A stretch of DNA of 56,304 bases, the filler included, from Sphacelaria rigidula (taxonomy: Eukaryota): assembly GCA_964200075.2 (NCBI GenBank). It is 3 parts of 3 records of this genome, joined end to end, with 100 filler letters (N's around TTAATTAATTAA, not from the genome) between each part and the next. Parts side by side here need not be neighbours in the genome. Positions count along the whole stretch, not along the records: positions 37,607 to 56,304 come from CAXNAA020000810.1; 2 more parts are not named here. One strand, given 5' to 3'. Below the pieces are notes generated by a model, which did not search any database, was not told the origin of the DNA, and saw only the letters and a list, made by a program, of their open reading frames with translations. Below, piece by piece: positions 37,607 to 50,300 of this stretch (position 1 is its first letter; every line of letters starts with the position of its first letter). A program made the translations under genes and the position numbers.

Positions 37607-37960
37607 ATGGCGTCAGCACTTAGTATCCGCTTGTCAAACCCCGTGGGAAGTTGCTTCAGCAGCTGGGGGCGGCAGTACGCACACCCTGTGCTGTCACGAG
37701 ACTGTCTTCGGCTGCCGTTGCAAAAATATCAAACGTCTCGTACTCTAGCAATGTACGTCAATGCACGTACGTCACCTAAAAAAAATCGCGGGAAGTCACG
37801 ATCTCGGAACGATTTCCCTCGATTTTTTCGAAAAATCGGGGGGGAACTTTCCGAGATCGTGACCGCCCGATGTTTTCGCCCCCGATTTGGTCCAAATCTG
37901 TGTCCATGAAGTGCTTTCCTCGATTTTTTGTCCCCCCGATTTTGAAAGAATCGAGATGAA
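37607..37960 (+). repeat. Transposon fragment homologous, in inverted orientation, to ~54170-54420
   Basis: tatccgcttgtcaaacccc...gcttcagcag...ttgcaaaaatatcaaac is the reverse complement of 54297-54408; shared aaaatcggggg motifs. Confidence 0.75.
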
Positions 37961-39484
37961 AGCAATATTTATTTTCCCTCAAAACTCCACTAAAAATACG
38001 AGGAAAATGAAAAAATGAAAAAATGAAAAAAAAAATGGTATAAAGCTATGCTGTTTACTCCATCATACACTAGCGGTTCTTCATACGAAATTTCATAGCG
38101 CAAGTCTCGAAAACTGAGACGCGATATCCAGACTTGGGGAATCTAGTGTCTCTTCTCGTAATATATTGATTTTAGTGTAAAAAACTATGTGCGCTTCATC
38201 TCGAGATAGATTAAGAATTTTGTGAAGGTGAGGGTATTTACGAGTATCGTCTCCCCGTGCTCCGGAGAAGGTCCACCCCTAAAATCGTCATCGTCCGCTG
38301 AATGTATCGTTCGGGGTTTCATATAGATTTTAGTATGGACGCTATCCCCGTACGGTATAGGAATTACTAGACAGGGTGTTTAATCAACGGATAAATATTG
38401 GACCAGATTGTTTAGCAGATGGGCACCTTCCCCTTGAGTGGATTTCCGGTTGGCGCAGAGCAATTTCAAACTGTTCAAAGCTGAGTTATCAAAAACCGCC
38501 CTGCTAGAACAGATTTTTTGCCGGTTTTCTTCGGGGGGGGGGGGACGCATCGACCAATCACAAGGCATGAAAACAAATGGATCTAGGGGAGGACGATTTT
38601 CCCGTCTCGAGAAGACACGCCCAAGACGCTGTCTCAAGAGTAGGTCTAAACCAATAAGGCACTCTGGGGGGACTGAGGCCAAGGGTTAGAGTTTTTGATA
38701 CTGTGCGCTTAACCGCAGCCTTTGTTCAATCACCACGTATCATTGCTGTCTTCGACTCTTTTGTGCAATTAGTAGATCATGCGGTTGTGGAACACCTGTG
38801 TGTACAACTTACATTCAGTAAGGTACATTTAGATACCACCCCCAGTACAAGGACTGAACATCAGACCTTCGAGTCTCAAGCTGTAGCAGCATCTCCAGCG
38901 GCAAGGCCTCATTCGCAATGGTTGTAACCTTGTAAATCAAATATTTTGTAAGGCGCAATTCCTGTATATCGTACTCTAGCTCGAATTCCTCCTCCATGGC
39001 TTGCCGCAAACGCTCTTCTTCTCTTACGATTACTGTAGCTAAACGCGGATGATCTCGTCCTTTGGGGTACCCTTATTCGTTTTTGGGGTACATAATTCAA
39101 AAACGCCTACTTGCACACACCGCCGGTCATGACGTGGTTCGAGTGCTGTGCGTGTGCCCCAACCAGGTGACAATCTGTACTCGCTTTTAGGGTTCAGGGT
39201 TTTGCCCAAGATAGCTTAACGCTACTTCGATACGGCAGCCTTGTTCACAGCCTAGAAAAAAAATCAACTCCAGCCATCTAATCCAGTTCAAGTCAACTGG
39301 AAAGAGGAGGAGAAGAAGCAGCAGCAGCAGCGGCCCGGTAAAAACAGCTGCCTCTTTTCAACAACGATCGAAGGCAACACGACCTGACAGTCCCGCCGTG
39401 GGCGACAACACGCTGGGGACACGACGAGCGGCTGAGCAGACGACGATTACTGTACGTACACGCTGTACTTTGGCTGTATAAAGT

Positions 39485-42400
39485 ATGTCAGGATGCAAGC
39501 AGCCCACTGCGCACCAAGGATCAGCTTCCTTTGCTCGCAGACCTAACTTAGCTGCGGCATCGACACTCGGATTGTTGGTTGTTGCGACCACCTCCGTTGA
39601 TGCGCTGTTGCCCAAGACGCCCATTGTTTCGAGAGGATGCGTGAGGCCACGGGGCTCAGCGGGAGGCATTCCGAGATCGACAAATGGGGCCACAGGGGGG
39701 GAAGCCGAAAGTGCAGATTCATCTGAAATATATGCGTCGTTGCGGAAACGATTAGAGGTGAGTTCATGGTCCATACCAACAGCCTTCACTGAGCGGCCGG
39801 CGGGTGTGTCAAGGTTCAAACTGGTGTCAGAAGCAGGGTGGATCGGGGGTCCTTAGAGCAAGTCTCAAAGGGTGGCAGGAAGGGAGGAGGGGAAGCCAGG
39901 AACGGGAGCGTGTAAGCTGCGCGTTTGTTGCAGCTGTATGCGCTGGCCTGTCGTGTGAGCATGCTTGCGCGCACGTTTTTATCGTGAGGTTGGAGATATT
40001 GACGCAGCACATATTCGATTGCAACACTCACGTTGAACATCAACATGAACCAAGTAGCCGGTAATACTGTTTTCAGTCCTATTCATACGACATCACACAA
40101 AAAAAGCATCCAGCGTGCTTGGTGTATGCGTATCACACGAAGCATGCCTTGTACTTACTTTTGTAATGTCTCTTTCACAACTGGAACACCGTCTATGTCC
40201 CATGTTCAATGACGTCTAAAGCGTGGCAAAGCGATGACACGCACAGAGGTCATGAATGATGGCGACACCGACCCTTTGCCTTCCCGTCGCGACTATCTAC
40301 TGGTCGTGGCACTACTGCCTTCGTTGTAGACAGTAGCTGTGCTGGTGAGAGACCGCTTGAGCGTTGGTAGCGGTTCCGGGCCAGCACAGACGATACGCTG
40401 TATACACAACAGTACACGGTGTAAAGAGATTTTGTTGCGGTGCCCTCGGTAGAGTGCCCCACGCATTGTGCTGGGCCCTAAAAAGGACACGTCATGAACC
40501 ACTGTGGGAAGTATCTCCACATTTCAATATGCTCGACAGTACGACTGTGAAACGCTTTCACGAACACAGGGGTTGAACCCATGAACGTCCTGCTAGATCC
40601 AATGACTAAGGCAGGGTTTTTCACGCTACGTCTGTAGTGAATTTGTGAAGCGTGTCCTTGTTATCCTCTCGTTGTCCTGTACATATGATACATGTATACA
40701 GCACAGCAGTACACACTCGGAGTAGCTTCTCCAATACGGCACATTGCGTCGAGACAAAAGTTGCGAGTAAGATCAGGTTTGGCCGAGGGGGGCTTTTTGT
40801 TTGCTTTGGCTTGTTTTGCAGTGTTTTGCACCCGCCGATCACTCCCGTATTGTTTGCCTTGCTTCGATTCTCACTGTACCGTCTTCCTCTATCTCCAGGA
40901 GCTGCGACATGCACGTCATGATGACGACGATACGCCTACGCCGTCGTCACAGCTGGAGTGGGAGCGGTTGGAGCAGCAGGAGTGGGAGCAAAGGAACACC
41001 GCAAGTTCCCCCACCCCTCAGGTGGTGTCTTACTCTGGACACGACATGAAGAAGGCCTATTACGAGGCGTTCTGGCGAGCTAGGTGCGTTTTGTTGTGTT
41101 CCCATCTTCCTGTCGTGCCCGATCCCCCTGGTGCATGACATTACTCCTTGTACACTGGCCGGTCGTGTGCCGTTCTTTCCTCTATTAACTCGGCAGGTAG
41201 CAGGATTGGGTGGCTTGCTTCACCTAACGCCTCGTACAATTCTGCCGGAGCCCGATGTTGCTTCTGCAGAATCATAGAGGACGTTTTCGTGCCGTGCGGA
41301 AACAGTCTGTACCTGTATTTTGGCAGACCGACGAAGATATTTTCCTGCGATGTTTTTACCCTTAAGTGCGCATCCTCAGCAATTCCTCTTGTATCCAGCG
41401 CCGACGCCCCCCCCCCCCCCCCCGCCTTCCTTTCCTCTCCCTCTCGCACCGCAATGAATACGACCTCCACCGGCATACGTCCACGCCACCGCCACCTCCA
41501 GGAATCTGAAAAAAGGATCCAAGACCGATGAAGCCAGCAGCAGCATCTATGATGACCCACCAACAAATCCACCCACCCCTCCCGCTACGACATCGTCGTC
41601 CTCCTCTGACGTCTCGCGCCCGGCGACAACGCTGCTCACCACAGCCGCCTTCGATATGGTCATGTCGAAGTATGAAGAGGACGTGGTGGCCGCGGCGGAG
41701 GCGGCGTCGACAGCACCAGAGAAGAAGACGGCGGAACCCGCGGTCCAAGGACTGACTCAGATGTTTTACCTAGAAGAAAAAGACGAGCAGTTGGCTCTTA
41801 CAACGGCGCTCGCCGAAGCCGGCACCGCTGGCGACGCCGCTCGGATCGGTGCCAACGCGGCAGTACGAGTTCAAGCGGCGTTGGAGCAACCGTGGCCGGT
41901 GGGACTCTCACAGATGTTTTTCGTGGAGGATGCTCATGAGGAGGCGGCGGCGGCGGCCGGCGCGCTACCCCTTGCCCCTCGGTCCTTCCTGAGGGAGCGG
42001 CTCGGTGTACCGGGGGAGATCGTGCAAGCTTTGCGCCAGGTATGTTTCGCCTGTGTATCTGCGTCATGCCACTACAGGGAGGGGGGGGTGAAATTTTGGG
42101 CCATTTCTTCCACGAAATTCCACTTCGAACCGTCGTTGAAAGCAGCAACGGTTGTTCGAACGCGCTTGTTATCGATAAATAGCGCCCATTCATACTGCTT
42201 GACATCGTTTTTGCCCAAATACGAGTACACCGCGAGTGTGCTAGGCCTTACGACACATCCATGAGCTCTTTTTGTCATGTAATCCGCCCCACCTTCCCTC
42301 TCGTAGCATGACTCGTTTTGATCCTGATGTTTGCCCTGAGTCGTTTGAGGTGTGGCGTGTGTTGCGCGTACTGTGTGACCGCCATGTTCACGAGGTGAGT

Positions 42401-44589
42401 GCATTCCAAAAGGCAGCATTCAACGTGTATATATTATGCACCTCTCCTTGTATGCGATTTGTTGAAGTGTGTGTGTGGGGAGGGGGAGGTGGACCCATGG
42501 GACAGTGAAACTCATGAGACAGTGGTCAACCCGTGGCTGTCTCTGCAAGTGGCGATACCAGAAAATGAAACAACGAAGTGTAGACTGCCACCTATATGCA
42601 AGATAATTAGTACGCTTCGGACCAAAGTATTTTAGCAGGATGCAGCTTATTCTACGTGCAACGTGCCGAACACATGACGGCGCTTCGCGCTTGGTGACTG
42701 CGAACCTGGTCCGGCGAAAACCCGGCGTGCTCTCTCCTGGCTTTGTAGGGATGCGAGGTCAACGGCCATTTAACTACGACATGCAAGATCATTAGAGCAA
42801 GTGGAGGAGGATCCCGTTGTGGGATAAGTGCTAAGGGCCGTGTTTTTCCGAGCTCTTGATGCTTTCGAAAAGACTGCCGGAAATGCGGCGGGGATTGGAA
42901 GCGGGGGTTGCCGCCGAGGATCTCAAATCGTGCTTTCGCACAGCCAGCGCGTCGCATCCGAATCCTATTTCGGATTCCCCTACCGGTTTTGTGAAACCCC
43001 TCGATGCATCGGAATAGGTTGTCCACACACACAACACTAGTGCATCGTTCAAACCATTAGTTCATCACTGGCACATCTGACTGTATTTTGTTTGCGTCGC
43101 AATGCCACCACCCCAGGTCGAGCTGGACCATGCCCGTCTCGCGATGCTGGCAGTTTTACTTACCGGCGTGGTTGGGGCTGGTGCCGGGGCAGGTGTGCCG
43201 GCGAGCGCTGAGATTTTCGACTCCAACCTCGGGCTCGCAGCGGTAAGGGATCAGCACGCTCTGCTTGTCCTTCTCGTTATTGTCGACGGATGTCTGCCTT
43301 TGGGTTGCTGTATTACAGGGTGGATATGTTTCTGCGGCCACGACCGCATCGTCATGTATACACACGGTTGTGATCTCCTTGCAAAATCGAGGGAGTAAGT
43401 CCCGTATGCCTGCCCCGACAGTACGTAATTCTGGACGAAACCGCCCGCCATGCGTCAAAATTCCCTGTCATCGCTCATCAGTTTTACCCCCTGTCGTGTT
43501 CCTTTCACAGCTGTTGTGTATTGTACCTCTGATGCGCCAGTGCCCACCCACTTTCCTTCACGACGCCTCTCTTGCCTTCTCTCCCGTCCTCATTTTATCC
43601 CTCAGCTTGCACAGGTTGCTCGAACGCCTTGGCTCGACCCGTGCGTCGCAGGCGTTATTCTGTCGGTGAAAGCCCTGTCGGAGGGTGACGGACGACTAGG
43701 CAAGGGTGCTCTGGCGGGATGGGCAGACAAGGGTCTCCGCGCGGTTTCTGATATCGGTGCCAAGGCTTTGCGCTTGAGCTCTGGCGACGAGGTACGTGAT
43801 GCGATATCAAATGCGGGAAAACTTCGTGTTCCGTGCTTTCCATTAATTTAACCTCGGTAATATCACCGCAGACAGCTCCTTGCCTTGAGGTATGCTGCTT
43901 TTTTAGCCATCATGATGTCGAGTGACTCTGGGTCGCTTGAAGCTGTGATTCTTACAATGCCCGATGTACATTGCTCGGTGCGTGTGCTGTAGTACTCAAG
44001 CATGTTGCAGTCCGCTGCTCATCCACCCGCCGGATCCGCAGATAATGCAGTCATCTTTTGTGTGTTCTCCGAACAGAGACGTAGTGACTGATACGTGCTG
44101 TTCGAAAACTTTGGGGTTGGCCTCGAGCGTTGACAACCTAATCGGCCGGCAGTACCCTACCGTCGACTCCGTAGTCCCTACACCGCGTCCGCGAACACTT
44201 CATTTGCCCTATACTTTGGCACATACTGTTAATCTTACTTCGTCATGTCGCGTTGTATGTGTCCGGACGTATTGCTGCCCGAGTAGCTGCCGCCATCTCA
44301 ACGAACTCTCTGTGCACATACGGCATAACCGGCTTTGGAAAAGGTGAAGGCGGGCTCCAGATGTACATCAACTTCGTCTTAATCGGATATCAACGAGAAC
44401 ATCGTTGACTCCCCTCCCCTCCCCTTCCCTGTGCCCGGCCCTTGTTCTCCTTTTGTTGTGGTATATCGCTTATGCCCGCCGTAGATGCGCAAGCTGGCAG
44501 TTGAGATGGAAGTGAAGCATGGCCGAATGGCTCTGGGTGCTGTCGTATGCGCGATGGCGCAACAGGGCCTCATGACCGTCGGCGCATGA
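39485..44589 (+). CDS. Divergent light-harvesting complex (LHC/FCP-like) chlorophyll-binding protein, ~470 aa, with bipartite plastid presequence and long N-terminal extension
   Basis: Exons 39485-39757, 40899-41083, 41502-42039, 43117-43242, 43606-43791 and 44485-44589; GT-AG, phases 0,2,0,0,0. Helix-1 motif LRQ|VELDHARLAMLAVLL and helix-3 motif MEVKHGRMALGAVVCAMAQQ (ExxHxR, Q at position 18). N-terminus LAAASTLGLLVVATTSVDA-LLP resembles a signal peptide with an ASAF-type cleavage site. Confidence 0.8.
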
Positions 44590-45789
44590 TCCGTCGACAC
44601 ACATCTGTAGACGAAGATTTATCCCTTCCGTCTAGACTCACCGTGTAAAAATGTCATGTATCTTGTTTCGTCTTCAATTTGTTGCGGGCGTATTCTTGGT
44701 TCGTTTGGTGTCCCTTATACTTTTTCGGTTTCTTTTTCATGTGCTTGGTACACGGAGGCGTTTTTACCGTGCTTTTGTCGAAACAGGGTCCCTACGTGTA
44801 AATAATCATTGCCAGTTGAAACGCGGGCATTTAACTCAAAACGGCAATATTTGACGCCCCCGCGTATATCTTATGCAGAAGAGTTGTTTTTATTTGCGCA
44901 ATCGTAGGTGAAGCAGTACTGCATCCCGCGGCGTTTGGATGGAACGGGGGCAGATTTACGTGTCGCTGCTGCATCTTATCGAGCAGTGTCCAGTACGACT
45001 TATTTGATTTGATTCGATTTCATGATTAATTGATTTACTGTCGCACATCAACTGATCCCCGAAGAATCCAACGGTGGTCCAAAGTATTTCGACAGGCTTC
45101 CCTATGTCAGTTGAGAACCTCGGGGTGATATTCATCCGTCCGCCGTCAGCAACATGCACGGGAACGGCCCTTGGCAAAAAACCTTGAAAATTTGATGACA
45201 CTCTGAAAATTGTTCGAGTTGGGTGGGGTACTCATGATGGAACCACATATGCGACTGGACGCGCTTTCGGATGGATTCTCCGTGCCAACATTCTGAAATA
45301 CTTGGTATTCTGTATTTTATTCTGTGTCTTGCGACGTGTCGCGGTGCCGGATTGACCAGTCACTCTTCTGACGTCATTATTCTTGGAGGGGAGCGAGGGG
45401 GCATGCCAAGTGTACGCGGTATGCCCACGAATACTCCCCGCGTCGTCGATATATGCAACGTCCCGAACCCCTAAGTGAGATCAGGGGAGACGAAAGTGCT
45501 GCGGCGCGTGGACACACGGGCAAAGAAGACAAACTTCAAAGTTTTGGAACGCTGTTGTAAACCACTGGTTCCTGCAAATGCAATGCAAGAGGGAAGCGAA
45601 TGCGAGCACGCAATCGTAGTCACCCGGTGCATGTGCTGTAGTAGCATACCTGTATGCAAATCGATTCCACCCATATATTATCGTCTCCTGTCGTGTTTTT
45701 CTGCATAGAGATGTGGGCGGGACGGGGCGGGTTGTCAGCTTACGCCGCTTGCATTCATGTGCCGCAATTTCTTTCATCATGGTGTGTGA

Positions 45790-46345
45790 GTGTCATGTCA
45801 TCCCGTTAATGCCGAAGGGCAATCTACACCTCTCGGTATATGTGGGTGCGTCAGTCGGGGCAACACGGGAAAAATATCAACATGGATAAGTTTTTTTCAT
45901 CTTGCTCTGTTCCTTCACCTTTCTTCTGCGGTGTATGCCTTACCTTATATCGCGAGGAGCGCTCGTCGATTCATTTCCAACAGTGTTTTCGTGAAATTGA
46001 GGGTAGCGGATACGATGGAGAGTGAAAAGCAGTCAACTAGTGAATGAATCGTTTCACTTCCGAAATGCCAATCCCCGAGGCTCAATATGTTTTCTGTAGT
46101 AGCTTGCCTCTGAGGCCCTTAATATCCCTGAGTAGGATATCGACGTGTAGCTGTGAGCTCACGGAAGTGATGGAGGCAAAGAAAAGCACACACGGAATCA
46201 AAAATTGACTGAGTTCAAGCGAGTGATCAAAACCACTCTCAATGAGCGCGCTACTCTCAATCTCACGAAATCATTTTCCCTCGTCGTACATGAAGCCGAA
46301 TTTTGTGCACCTATGTCGTTGTCGCTCCCAACTGTTGAGCATCGA
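45790..46345 (-). mobile_element. Degenerate, interrupted copy of the same SINE family
   Basis: acacctctcggtatatgtgggtgcg matches the reverse complement of the SINE 3' part, and ttgtcgctcccaactgttgagca matches the reverse complement of the body. Confidence 0.55.
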
Positions 46346-46862
46346 AGAAGAATTCACGCCCCAACTCCCCGAGTATTTCGAGGTTCCTCGTTTGCTTGTT
46401 AGAGTGCATTGACTTTGGACTGGACTTGACCATGACCGTGAAGGTGGGCGTGTTTTTTTTCGTTCCGCTATGAACTCCGGAGAGGAACAACGGTTTTCAG
46501 AGTCAAGAAAGGCCAAGTCATTATTTTTTTGGTTTCGGCAACACATTGCACATCACACTTCCACGACAAGAATAAGACCAGACAAATACCACAGTGCTCT
46601 GCGATGCTCGCTCAATCAAGCTAAACGCACCGATCTGCACCGCCAATTTGCGTTCAATGTGCGTCGTATGTTGCGGTAGCAGATGGGGTCAACAATTATG
46701 GGCGCTACCTCACCCAAGTCGACCCAAAATGGCTATTCGCTATTTATGGAGTGTTTCTTATTATTGAAGAAAAAAATTACGACTGCCGGAGGGGGGGGGG
46801 TGGGGTACATAAGGTCTCGAAGGTTTTTACATGGGTACTGCTGCTCTGAAAAAAATCGCTTT

Positions 46863-47310
46863 AGGCTACTTCTTGTGTACCAAAAAAAAGTTGTTGAAAA
46901 GTGCATTTTTGGCTCTTCTCTGTCGTTTCCCCCCGAAAAGAGGGCTAGGCGGCTATTGACTCCTTGGAGTGACTTGCTCTACTAGGCGAGACGGTTCCAG
47001 AGCACACATGCGTTTACCGTAGGTCACGGTTTCGTTCTTGGCCAAACTTACATTTTCGATAACAAACGATACCAGAAAAATGTCAGTTTCCCCCCTGTTT
47101 TTCGATAACTTGACCGTTTGTTATTGAAAATGAATTTTTGGCCAAGAACGAAACTGTGACCTACAGAAAACGCGAAGATGCTCTGGAACGATCTCAGCGA
47201 GTAAAAGAGCAAGTCATTTCAAGGTGTCCACATCCGCCTAGCCGTCTTTCGGGGACAAAAACGACGGAGGAGGGCCTAAAAAGCACTTTTCGATACATGA
47301 GGAGTAGCCT
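46863..47310. repeat. Long imperfect palindrome (arms of ~200 bp), foldback/MITE-like
   Basis: gttccagagca...gtaggtcacggtttcgttcttggccaaa...cattttcgataacaaacg pairs with cgtttgttattgaaaatg...tttggccaagaacgaaactgtgacctac...tgctctggaac. Confidence 0.85.
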
Positions 47311-50300
47311 TACGGCAGGAGAAAAATTAGAGCGGAATGTGCACCGTCACCGGCTATTTTTCCTTCCACTCTGACTGAAAGATGAGGAAAAACGTTTACC
47401 GAAACTCTCTAATAATGGAGCTTTCATTCTTCGGACAACTTCGGAGCCACTAAAGGCCACGATATATATTTTTGTGGGCTTCGGCAATACACTGCACATC
47501 ACACTTCCAGTACAAGAACCAGACCAGACAAATTCCACAATGCTCTGCGATGTTCGCTAAAACAAGCTAAACGCATATATCTGCTCCGCCAATTTGCGTC
47601 CACTGTACGCTGCATCTTGTGGTGGTAGGGCCAACAGGCAACGATCGATGATCGCCACTTAAATTTGTTACGCCGATCAAAAGGGGGGTATACGGTACGA
47701 CATACTAACCATATGTGGTTAATGATAAATTATCTTACCCTTTGACCCTTAGACTGCGAGGGTAGTCCATCTCGATCACGCATACTTTATCCGAGTGAAA
47801 TTGATGCCGATTCAACAGATGACCTACTATTGCCGGGTAAGAGTTAACGTCGATTAAGCTTCTGCAGGCGAGCCCTCTCTTAGGGTTCACATGTCTTTTC
47901 TCGGAAGAGGACCGGGTCGTCTGTAGGTTTCTTCGGTCCTGTGCTACGTGTAACATGTTAACCGCCGTGTAGAAAGTCCGCTACGAACTACGAACGCACA
48001 TGCACATGCGTAGAGAAATATAATGGTGCGGACGGATTATGTTTACTATTTGAATTTCAATTTTCCATGAATCGGTGCATGCTTGTATACACTCATGGAT
48101 ATACCGGCAGGAAAACTCTCATGGAAATATACCCCCCTTAACATGTTTTTCCCAACAAGAATACGCACAGTTTCGAGATGATCGTGTTTGAATGGCTTGA
48201 GCACCTATCCTACCCGGCGTGTTCTTGAAGCAAGGGTTGACGTAGACAGCTACTGACTACTCGTACGCGCACGTTGTATGTGACCGACGGGTACCCTCAT
48301 AGTGAGCAAATGTGAATAGGTCAGCAAGAAAGTGGTGAGGCTATTTTCCCCAATAACCTGAGGCACCGGTACCGGAGGACGACCCTACCTCTCCCTTTGG
48401 CCTGTTTAAAGCACGACTGCGGTATGTACCTTCAACGCGTAAAGAAATATTTCGCTGATGGCCATGAATGTGGAAGTATTTCTTGTTTTTTGCTTCTTGA
48501 CACAAGTATATCAGGTCTACGATTAATTGGTTGGCGAAATACGCGCAGGCAAGCTCTCTGTTCAAGTACAGGAAGTACTGCGTGCAGACGAGTGTGCTCA
48601 GAGGGGTAGAGGGCGTTAGGATAGTTCGAATGTCAATCTTACTGTTTTCGTTAAAGAGCAGAAGCTCCAAGGTGAATTCCACCCCAAGCGTCGATCTACT
48701 CTTGCTAATTTGTCCGATAGCACAGCCTTCTGTGTGCCGATAGCAAGGAATACTCACTCCCTAGCTGGAGCCTCCCACAGCATGTTGAGGAATTGCAAGT
48801 ACAAAGAACAAAAACCAAGGCAAGCATTCACAATAGATTAAGGCAATCAGATGGACGATACAGGGCAGTACGGCTATCTATCGTATTGCTGCATTTATGG
48901 TCGTGGTGTCGTGCTTGGTACCTCCTGTGTGCAGTTTTTCTCGAGTACCAAGTGTACCGTGTACCGCCTACACTCCAAGAACCAAGTTCCTGCGGCTCAA
49001 AACGGCAGCGGTATATGGACAGCACCCTACCATTACCATTAGGTACAGACGGTACAGACGGTACAGACAGTGCAATACAGACAACACAGCTGTCTGCAAA
49101 AGCTGGCGCCGACCCTAACCAGTACCTACTTACGCATTGAGGATAGATTCTGGACAACGCATGTCAAGGGCAGAGAAGGTGTGACTTCTGTTCCTTACGG
49201 CCTACTAACCTGCGCTGTACGACTTGTGCTCAGCCTCCATGGTGACCATTTCAGAACATTTTTGTGGGCGTGTGCTGCTTGGTTTTGTGCTTGCGAACCG
49301 CTCCCCTGCTCTGTAGTTGTCGTAAATGCCATGCATACCCTGTTATCCCGTTGCTATTCCATACTTTTTTATGAACAGCATGATAAGCGGGGCTTCGCAG
49401 AATATTAAAAAAAGAAATCCACACAACTCATGAGGGAGTCGATACAAAATCCCTAGAGTAGCTCAGGTTACCACAGGTGGACGACGTTTACTTGGTCAAA
49501 ATCGGCATTCGGGCGAGTTCGGAATAGTTGTTTCGGGTTTAGAGGTATCGTTTACAGGCCGACAACGGAAATGAGACCGATAAGACCGCATCGATCAACG
49601 TACGGATATTCTATAGGGCTGGGTACTGGCGCAGCCAGCCAGTGTATTTTATATTGGCTGCGTCGCCAACCAGTATACTGGATTGTGCCAGTACCTTGGG
49701 TCCGCGGCGAAGCCCTGAGAGAGGGGGTGCATTTCCACCAAATATGGTCTCACGAGAAAATGTCACTGGGCTTCACTTGCGGCGCAATCAGATGGGTTTC
49801 CATTGAATATTGAGACGTTACCGTGAGAACGATGTAAGAAGGAAAAAGCAAAGTGCTGCAAGTACGGGCTGCTCTTTCCGGGTCCAGTGTTCCGAGACCT
49901 AACAAGTCTGCAAAGAAAGCGTACCCGTTGAAGGGTCACTGTAACTCTTCTCACAAAGATTCTCCCCCGTTTTCCCCCGTTTCGCCGACTTTTGAACTCT
50001 CTGGCTGAGGCTCATGAGACAACCTGCGTAGATTTCTTCATAATGTCAGATTCCATGTTTATTTTACGGGTGAAGATCTTCAGGGCTGACCATGTATTGA
50101 AACCAATACACGTTCGAACACATGAATATTCACTGGAATCAATATACCAACCTTATCTGCACTTGATATTTGTCGTGATCAACCATTTGTTCAAGTATTA
50201 TAATATTTTCTCCAATTGCTCTAGGTTATTGACATATTTCAGCTGTAAGGGTGGCTGGCGAGGGCTTTTGCTGCAGCAGCGCAACTGTGAAGGGAGACCG

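Noticed and set aside
39358-39819. 153-aa minus-strand ORF with an acceptor-like site
   Set aside because: It overlaps the plus-strand LHC exon 1, which is better supported by a signal peptide, a GTGAGT donor and in-phase downstream exons.
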